Positions 58,606 through 64,000 of a stretch of DNA of 64,000 nucleotides are shown one piece after another. This stretch comes from Phycisphaerales bacterium (GTDB lineage: Bacteria; Planctomycetota; Phycisphaerae; Phycisphaerales; UBA1924). Made by a program: the position numbers and the translations under genes. Location: the NCBI GenBank assembly GCA_020850415.1, contig JADZER010000010.1:77459-141458 (forward strand). The letters are read 5' to 3'. Under the pieces are notes generated by a model. That model did no database searches and was not told the origin of the DNA. It worked only from the letters and a program-made list of their open reading frames with translations. Positions within the stretch are counted from its first letter, which is position 1, and the number at the start of each line of letters is the position of its first letter.

Positions 58606-58798
58606 GCCAACCTCCGACCTGCGACGCCAGCCGCTCCACGCCCGCTCCCCTGGCGTGGATGCGCCCGCGTTGGGCAGCGTCGGACCCCTGATCGGGGCTC
58701 TCCCCCTCCCCGCGCCACGGCCGGCGCTCCATACCCTGTGCACCCCGACCACGAGAGCCCCCGGCACAGAGAACGGGGCAGGTCGCAAGGATCAGACG

Positions 58799-59968
58799 AT
58801 GTTCGTTGCCCAAGCCCATTCCTTCACGCAGCAGGCCCGGCTCGCGATCTCGCTTGCCTGGGTCGCCGGCTACACCAACATCCTGACGGTTATCACCTGC
58901 GGCACGGTCACATCGCATCTATCCGGGACCGCCTCGAATCTTGGTCGGCAAGTCGCCGAGGGTTCGTGGTCGCTCGCGTGGTTCTCGTTCCTCCTGCTCG
59001 TGGCCTTTGTCCTCGGTGCGATGGCGTCCGGAGCGCTCACCGAACTGGGCCGCCGCCGCGGGTGGGAGTCGATCTATGTGCTCCCGATCGCCGTGGAAGC
59101 GGTCCTCCTGGCGGCATTCGCCGTGGGGGTGGAGGTGCACGATCACGGAACCCGCCAGAGCGGCGTTCCGCTCTACTGGCTCACCGGCATCGCGTCGTGC
59201 GCCATGGGATTGCAGAACGGGACCATCACACGCATCTCGTCCGGAGTCGTCCGCACCACGCACATCACAGGGGTGCTGACGGACCTGGGCCTTGAGACAA
59301 CCCAGTTCCTCCTGTGGGCACGCGATCGCGGCCGCGATTCCCCGCCCGTGCCGCCGCGCTCGTTGCTGCGCAGCGCGAGCGTTCACCCCACCGCGCGGCG
59401 GCTGGCGCTCCTGGCATCAATCGTCGGGTCGTTCGCCGTCGGCGGTGGCCTGGGCACACTCGCGCACGGGTTCGCCGAGCGGTGGGCGATGTTCCCCCCC
59501 GTCGTCTTCTTGATATGGCTCATCTACAGGGACCTGGTCATTCCCATCGCGGAAGTCGAGCCGTCGGAACTCGTGGGTGGAGAGAACGGTCTGCAACTGC
59601 CGACGACCATGGCGGTCTTTCATGTGCGCAACGAGAAGGACCATCGCGGCAAGGCGCACCGCATGCCCGACCTGCAGGCGTGGGGAGAACGGCTACCCGC
59701 AACCGTGCGGGTGGTCGTGCTCGATCTGGGGGAAATGGCCACATTCGACAGCAACGCGGTCATGGAACTGCGCGCGGTGCTCAGGAGCTTCGCGACGCAG
59801 AACAGGAAGCTGCTGATCACGGGACTGGGCTTCGAGCAGTTCCAGGAACTCCGCCGAGTCGGCTCGACCGAGTTCCTCGACCTGACCAACTTCTGTCCGG
59901 ACCTCGAGCTCGCGATCGCCCGGGCAATGATCATGGTCGAGAGCATCCCCGCGCCCAACCGCGCGTGA
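58799..59968 (+). CDS. DUF1275/YoaK-family membrane protein fused to a C-terminal STAS domain
   Basis: The membrane half has the YoaK-like motifs VTSHLSGTASNLG and GLQNGTITRISSGVVRTTHITGVLTDLG. The C-terminal ~110 aa look STAS-like (VVVLDLGEMATFDSNAVMELRAVL...LLITGL). ATG at 58799 is chosen inside track ORF 58655..59968. Confidence 0.72.
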   Translation: MFVAQAHSFTQQARLAISLAWVAGYTNILTVITCGTVTSHLSGTASNLGRQVAEGSWSLAWFSFLLLVAFVLGAMASGALTELGRRRGWESIYVLPIAVEAVLLAAFAVGVEVHDHGTRQSGVPLYWLTGIASCAMGLQNGTITRISSGVVRTTHITGVLTDLGLETTQFLLWARDRGRDSPPVPPRSLLRSASVHPTARRLALLASIVGSFAVGGGLGTLAHGFAERWAMFPPVVFLIWLIYRDLVIPIAEVEPSELVGGENGLQLPTTMAVFHVRNEKDHRGKAHRMPDLQAWGERLPATVRVVVLDLGEMATFDSNAVMELRAVLRSFATQNRKLLITGLGFEQFQELRRVGSTEFLDLTNFCPDLELAIARAMIMVESIPAPNRA

Positions 59969-60017
59969 GCACCACGGACCCGGCCTCGGTCCGACGCACC
60001 CGAGCGAGCAGCGCCGC

Positions 60018-60521
60018 ATGACTCGGGCCCCCCGGCCGCGTCATCGGCCTCGAACGCGTCCCAACAGCGAGCGCGCCGAGTACACCCGCGACGAGGCCCT
60101 CATCGGCCTGGGGCACTGGGACCTCGACCGTCGCCCCGACTTCCGCGAGGGCGTGCTCCACATCCCTGACCGCAAGAGCGACGCGTTCTTCGTGACCCTG
60201 CACAAGACCGAGGACGCGTACTCCCCAACGACCATGTACGAGGACTACGCGATCAGCGACCAGCTCTTCCACTGGCAGTCCCAGAGCACCACCTCGGCCG
60301 ATTCGCCTACCGGCCAACGCTACACCCGCCACCGCGAGCAGGGCTACACGCCCATGCTCTTCGTCCGCGAACGCAAGGCCCTTCCCAGCGGTCTCGCCTC
60401 CCCCTACGCCTTTCTCGGCCCGGCGGATCATGTATCTCACAGCGGCAGCCGCCCGATCAGCATCGTGTGGCGATTGCGGACCCCAATGCCGACGCGCCTC
60501 GCGCGAGTCGCAGTTGGCTAG
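60018..60521 (+). pseudogene. Orphan C-terminal DUF3427-like fragment (normally the tail of a large helicase/nuclease protein)
   Basis: Residues ..REGVLHIPDRKSDAFFVTLHKTEDAYSPTTMYEDYAISDQLFHWQSQSTT..GQRY..LFVRERK..PYAFLGPA..H.G.RPISIVWRL..PMP match my recollection of the DUF3427 domain. No helicase domain lies upstream. The N-terminal 30 aa are Arg/Pro junk. Confidence 0.5.
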
Positions 60522-60598
60522 TCACCTCGGGTGGGGGGCTTCACTCATCGAGGCCGCCGAGGTCGAGCCATGGGACGACACCTGCCAATGCCCGCGGC

Positions 60599-60850
60599 GA
60601 TCATGCGGCGAACGCTCGGCGATCATGCCAGGCGCACTGGATGAACGAGGGCATCGCGCCGTACCTCGTCGCGCGGTGGCTCGGGCACAGCCTGACCGTG
60701 AGCGCCAGGCACTACACGCTGGCCATGCCCGACGAGGTGCTGTCGCGGGTGACGGGCCGAACGGTGACCCCACCCGCGGCGACAAAAGTGACGCAAAAAG
60801 TGACGCAGCACGCGTCCGCACCGGAGCGCACGGCGCACCGAATCGCCTGA
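60599..60850 (+). pseudogene. Tyrosine recombinase (phage-type integrase) C-terminal fragment
   Basis: Only the last ~60-80 aa are recognisable: ..ARRSCQAHWMNEGIAPYLVARWLGHSLTVSARHYT. (R, H and catalytic Y region). The remainder of a ~350-aa integrase is absent. Confidence 0.55.
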
Positions 60851-60892
60851 TCGAGCCTCTCCGACATCCCGCGCAACCCCCCCAAAAGCAAA

Positions 60893-60926
60893 GGCTTGCG
60901 CCCCGGTGCAACCCGGTGCGCAAGCC
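60893..60926 (-). terminator. Intrinsic terminator for a minus-strand transcript
   Basis: GGCTTGCGC (60893-60901) pairs with GCGCAAGCC (60918-60926). An inner CCGG/CCGG extension gives 13 bp with one mismatch. On the minus strand the stem is followed by TTTGCTTTTGG. It lies 8 nt downstream of the tRNA-like 3' end. Confidence 0.6.
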
Positions 60927-60934
60927 TCGAAGAA

Positions 60935-60961
60935 TGGAGCCGGGGGGATCGAACCCCCGGG
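60935..60961 (-). ncRNA. tRNA-like T-arm plus acceptor 3' strand (fragment, or the 3' end of an unidentified structured RNA)
   Basis: The minus strand reads CCC GGGGG TTCGATC CCCCC GGCTCCA, which is a canonical T-stem / T-loop / T-stem followed by an acceptor-like strand. I could not find a matching 5' acceptor strand or cloverleaf within the preceding 90 nt. Confidence 0.5.
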
Positions 60962-61111
60962 CGATTCCGCGTGTTGCCTGGATATCAAGGCCAAAACGCG
61001 TATGTCGCCCGAAGCGCGACGCAAAATGTGACGCACAGGTTTCCGCCTGTCGCACAACCTCTGGCATACCGACTTCAGGACCACCCCCATTTGGAGCGGG
61101 TAGGGAGACGA

Positions 61112-61138
61112 CGCGCCGCACGCGCCGCACGCTCCGCA
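61112..61138. repeat. Tandem 9-mer x3 (CGCGCCGCA CGCGCCGCA CGCTCCGCA)
   Basis: Read directly from the sequence in a non-coding stretch. Confidence 0.8.
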
Positions 61139-61298
61139 ATCAACCCGAGGCCCGCGCCTGCCGCCCCGTCCGGTCCTCCCGCCGCCGCGGCGTTGGCCTC
61201 GCTGCCGCCCCACGACGCCGCGTGCGGCGTTCCGGTCGAGCGGGCCGATACCGGGGCCAAAGCGCCCGCCCACGCGGCACGGGGCGACGACGCCCGCG

Positions 61299-61516
61299 GC
61301 CGCCAGTTGGCCACAACACCCTTCGGTGGTGGCCTTCTGGCGGGTACGGCGGACGGGGAGTGGGGGGGTTCCGGTAGCCGCCAGTTGGACACAATCTCTT
61401 TCGATTGTGGCCTTGTGGCGGTCACGGTGGTGGCGGCATGAGGGGGGTTTCCCCTGGTCGCCGGGTGGGCGCGATCTGTCCCGTCCAGGGGGCGGTCACG
61501 GTGGGGGCGGCGTGAG
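61299..61516. repeat. Two tandem ~78-nt units, each with a 44-nt imperfect hairpin, plus a third partial unit
   Basis: Hairpin A is 61300-61343 and hairpin B is 61378-61421. They share the outer stems CCGCCAG..CTGGCGG and GG(C/A)CAC..GTGGCC, but the apical stems differ while still pairing (CACC/GGTG versus AATC/GATT). The 14-nt GGCGGTCACGGTGG recurs at 61417 and 61491. Confidence 0.8.
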
Positions 61517-61653
61517 CCTGATCCGACCGGCGGACCCCAAGTACCTGACTTGGCTCCATCAATGACAACGGCAAGGTAGAGTGTCGGCGAATGTCCCGCC
61601 CCTCTCGGGGGCCAAACGGCCGCACCTAAAGGCCATCAGAAGCGCCGCGCACG

Positions 61654-64000
61654 ATGAAGCGAGAGCAGGCCATCTTCGGTCGATGGACGAGCGTCGTTTC
61701 CTGCGGGGTAGTAGCGGCTGGCGTGTGGGGTCTGGCGAGTGGGGCGGTTCATTCCTCGCTGGGCTTCGTCATCGACTACCTCGCGTCGGTCCGCGCTGAT
61801 GTGTTGTCAACCGCGGTGCTCGTGCTGGTCGTGGCCGCTTGCTGGCCGTTTGGGCGGCGGCGCTGGCTGGCATTCCTCGGACTTCGACACCTCGGAACCT
61901 ACCCACCTCTGTGGATCGCTGTCGCAGTTGCCTTGCTGATCATTGGAGTCTACGAGGGGATCGCCGGGCGATGGGAACCGGCGATTGCGGGGCCAGGCCT
62001 GATCTGGTCGCTGATCACGACGGCTCCCGCTTGGGTTTGGCTCGCAGCCGGTGTCGTCCTGGGGACGCGCCTCCTTCACAAGAGTTGGCCAGCAGCAAAC
62101 GCCCGAGCGCCAGACGGTGATGGTGGTGGTCTCTCGGCGCTGATCACTTGGTTACGTGATGATCACGAGATTTCCCAGCCTCACGAAGACCGGTTCGGTC
62201 ACGATGCTGTGGCCACTCGCATCGCCGAGCGTCTCAAAGCCCAGGGCGAAAGTCCGACCATGGCTGTCGTTGGACCTCTCGGTTCTGGCAAGTCCACGAT
62301 TCGCCAGCTTGTTGAGCATCACTTGGGTACGCAACGCTCGACCGTGATGGTCCATCTCAGTCTTTGGCCGTTTGATACTCCCGACGCCGCTGTCGCTGGG
62401 ATCATCCGGTCCGTCATCCGAGCGTTGGGGCAGCGAGTGAACGTTCTGGCCATTGCCGGGCTGTCCGAACGCTATGTGGAGGTCATTGAGCGTACCGGCG
62501 GACGCTGGGGTGTCCTAGCGAGGCTGATGCGTGGGGACTCCAGGCCCGACGTGATCCTCCGGTCTCTGGCGACCATTGCGACTGCGGCAGGTCTTAAACT
62601 CGTTCTCTGGATCGAGGACATGGAGCGATTCACCGGGGCTGACCGACTCGGCCCGGAAGATGCGGCCATCAGAGAGGCAGAACGACTCGGGCCGATTCTG
62701 TCGCTTCTCGTGCTGCTCGATCGGTGCGACTCGATCTCGGTTATCGTCGGCGACACATCGCTGCGCTCGCGGTTGGATGTCGGAAAGATAGCCCGATTCG
62801 TCGAGAGTCCTCCCCGTCCGGGTGCGAAGGAGATCTGGCGGCAGATCGAATCCCTCCGATCAGCGTGCCTTTCCGAAGACGTACTTGATCCGGCCAGTGA
62901 AGAGTGTCGCGCAGTACTCACTCCGCCCGAGAGCGACCTTCAATACGGTATTTGGTTGTGGAGTGTCCGGGACAGCGAACCGCGCATTCAAGAAGCGCTT
63001 CCATTGCTGCTAACCACACCACGATCGTTCAAGTGGGCACTTCGTATCACATGGGAGACCTGGGAGCGACTAGCCGGTGAAGTTGATATCGACAGCGTAC
63101 TGGTCGCGTCCGCTCTCAGGGTGTCTCGGCCGGAGCTGTTTGCGTTTATTGATGAACATGTGGATCTCATGCGAAGCGGCTTTCGTGATCCAGTCGCCAG
63201 TGTCGACGGTCAACGATCTGCGCATCCGGTGTTTGAGCAACTCCGTGCCTTGCTGGACAAGGAGAACACTGAGCGAATGCGAAATGCAGTCGCTACCGCG
63301 ATCGGCTTTGTGTTCCCTGCAGTATTCAGCCACTACGAGCGCGATCGTGATTACATGGAGCGCCCCCAAGGTCTAGGTGTAGCGCGCCATGCAGACTACT
63401 GGCAGCGATACCTGACGCTCCCGGTTATCGCGGAGGGAATCAGTGATCAATCGGCATTGAAGGCGATCGCTGCTTCGAAGACCGGCCAGAGTAGTGACCT
63501 GGTGGCAAGGCTCATGGATGCCGAACGCTCCGAACAAGTCGAGACGTTCGTCGGGCAGTTTGACGCAGAACACCTCTGCCGACTCCTGACGGAGCTGGTA
63601 GCCGTTCTCCAGGATCAATCTGCACGGGCGTGGGAAGACGGGCGACATGCACCCGGCATTGTGCCAGTATGGCGCATGATGCACCGACGCCAACCTCCCG
63701 TGGCTTTGCTGGGTGACACGCTTGTCCGAGTCATGAGTGCATTGGCAATGCGGCATTTGCCGCTGACGCAAGACATCTGGTACTACTTCGCGGAAGAACA
63801 GCATGGAAGTGTCTCCAGTCTACTTGATGACGTTCAGCGCGAACGGGTCCGAGTCGCCATCCGCGGGGGCATGGTGGGCACCTTCAAACAGAATGCTGGC
63901 GATCGCCTATTGCAGGCGATGCACCATGGCTCGCCATGGGTTGTCTGGTATCTCTGCATGGCGGTTGCGACCAATGAAGCCGGGGGGCCGCCATTTGATG
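61654..64000 (+). CDS. Membrane-anchored KAP-like P-loop NTPase (3' end outside window; absent from supplied ORF track)
   Basis: My own translation of the frame containing 61654. A stop (TAA) lies at 61627-61629, the ATG is at 61654, and there is no stop to position 64000. The N-terminal ~150 aa hold about 4 TM helices. Next comes DDHEISQPHEDRFGHDAVATRIAERL...VVGPLGSGKST (Walker A, 62272-62298) and Walker B-like LKLVLWIEDMERF. Local G+C is about 60% against about 68% elsewhere. Confidence 0.8.
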   Translation, partial: MKREQAIFGRWTSVVSCGVVAAGVWGLASGAVHSSLGFVIDYLASVRADVLSTAVLVLVVAACWPFGRRRWLAFLGLRHLGTYPPLWIAVAVALLIIGVYEGIAGRWEPAIAGPGLIWSLITTAPAWVWLAAGVVLGTRLLHKSWPAANARAPDGDGGGLSALITWLRDDHEISQPHEDRFGHDAVATRIAERLKAQGESPTMAVVGPLGSGKSTIRQLVEHHLGTQRSTVMVHLSLWPFDTPDAAVAGIIRSVIRALGQRVNVLAIAGLSERYVEVIERTGGRWGVLARLMRGDSRPDVILRSLATIATAAGLKLVLWIEDMERFTGADRLGPEDAAIREAERLGPILSLLVLLDRCDSISVIVGDTSLRSRLDVGKIARFVESPPRPGAKEIWRQIESLRSACLSEDVLDPASEECRAVLTPPESDLQYGIWLWSVRDSEPRIQEALPLLLTTPRSFKWALRITWETWERLAGEVDIDSVLVASALRVSRPELFAFIDEHVDLMRSGFRDPVASVDGQRSAHPVFEQLRALLDKENTERMRNAVATAIGFVFPAVFSHYERDRDYMERPQGLGVARHADYWQRYLTLPVIAEGISDQSALKAIAASKTGQSSDLVARLMDAERSEQVETFVGQFDAEHLCRLLTELVAVLQDQSARAWEDGRHAPGIVPVWRMMHRRQPPVALLGDTLVRVMSALAMRHLPLTQDIWYYFAEEQHGSVSSLLDDVQRERVRVAIRGGMVGTFKQNAGDRLLQAMHHGSPWVVWYLCMAVATNEAGGPPFD

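Noticed and set aside
60935-61015. A complete tRNA gene
   Set aside because: Only the T-arm and 3' acceptor strand fold canonically. The putative anticodon region forms a 4-bp stem with an 8-nt loop. There is no D-arm or complementary 5' acceptor strand. The acceptor strand is one nucleotide off if A is taken as the discriminator.
61299-61516. A CRISPR array
   Set aside because: There are only two full and one partial repeat units. The units are imperfect and contiguous (78-nt period) with no unique spacers of regular size, and no cas genes are nearby.
60935-61560. tmRNA (ssrA) on the minus strand ending at the tRNA-like 3' end
   Set aside because: The acceptor strand has the Ala-type G:U position, which is tempting. 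I found no convincing 5' GGGG...TTCGAC start at 350-450 nt. The only partially complementary 5' strand (GGGGTCC at 61533-61539) would give a ~600-nt RNA. No tag ORF ending in an ..LAA-type sequence was found. The question is left open for ARAGORN/Infernal.
61545-61582. A sigma-70 promoter for the KAP-like gene (CTGACT / ATGACA as -35, TAGAGT as -10)
   Set aside because: The spacings are 26, 21 or 9 nt, and none is near the 17 +/- 1 nt optimum.

Overview
High-GC bacterial chromosomal segment: hand-counted 60-nt sample lines give about 68% G+C in the core and about 60% in the last 2.4 kb. The organism looks Planctomycetota/Phycisphaerae-like, but this is inference only. It rests on many secreted proteins ending in a Cys-bracketed double dockerin/EF-hand-like module with a terminal Gly-Cys, a PEP-CTERM protein, an ECF sigma paired with a Ser/Thr kinase, and HAF-type repeats.

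Gene order, left to right:
- cysT(partial)-cysW-cysA sulfate ABC transporter.
- HAF-repeat lipoprotein, then a roughly 21-repeat giant propeller protein, then a PEP-CTERM protein.
- RND efflux pair.
- SpoIIE/PP2C phosphatase, then a metallophosphoesterase.
- Minus-strand operon gdhA plus two PEP/pyruvate-binding-domain proteins.
- Three secreted GC-dockerin proteins, two of them tandem Cys-rich paralogs.
- Condensation-like acyltransferase plus a zinc-ribbon membrane protein.
- Another GC-dockerin protein.
- ECF sigma plus a WD40 Ser/Thr kinase.
- Metzincin-like GC-dockerin protein.
- kdpF-A-B-C-D-E, with an extra small TM ORF and a decayed OMP-like gene upstream.
- TPR Ser/Thr kinase.
- HTH-EIIA regulator directly preceding a seven-gene Hyf/Ehr-type complex-I-like module, followed by a DUF1275-STAS membrane protein.

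The most interesting signals are:
1. The Hyf-like module. Its 'hydrogenase' large subunit lacks the NiFe-ligating cysteines, and its ferredoxin and NuoB-like subunits are fused.
2. The right-hand end of the window. It holds a junkyard of gene fragments (a DUF3427 tail and an integrase tail), then a tRNA-like 3' end with its own intrinsic terminator, then an 0.8-kb repeat-rich structured non-coding stretch.
3. A long lower-GC ORF that is NOT in the supplied ORF track (61654 to the window end). It encodes a membrane-anchored KAP-like P-loop NTPase.

No rRNA, complete tRNA, CRISPR array or intact transposase was found. Most long overlapping or antisense ORFs in the track are high-GC artefacts.
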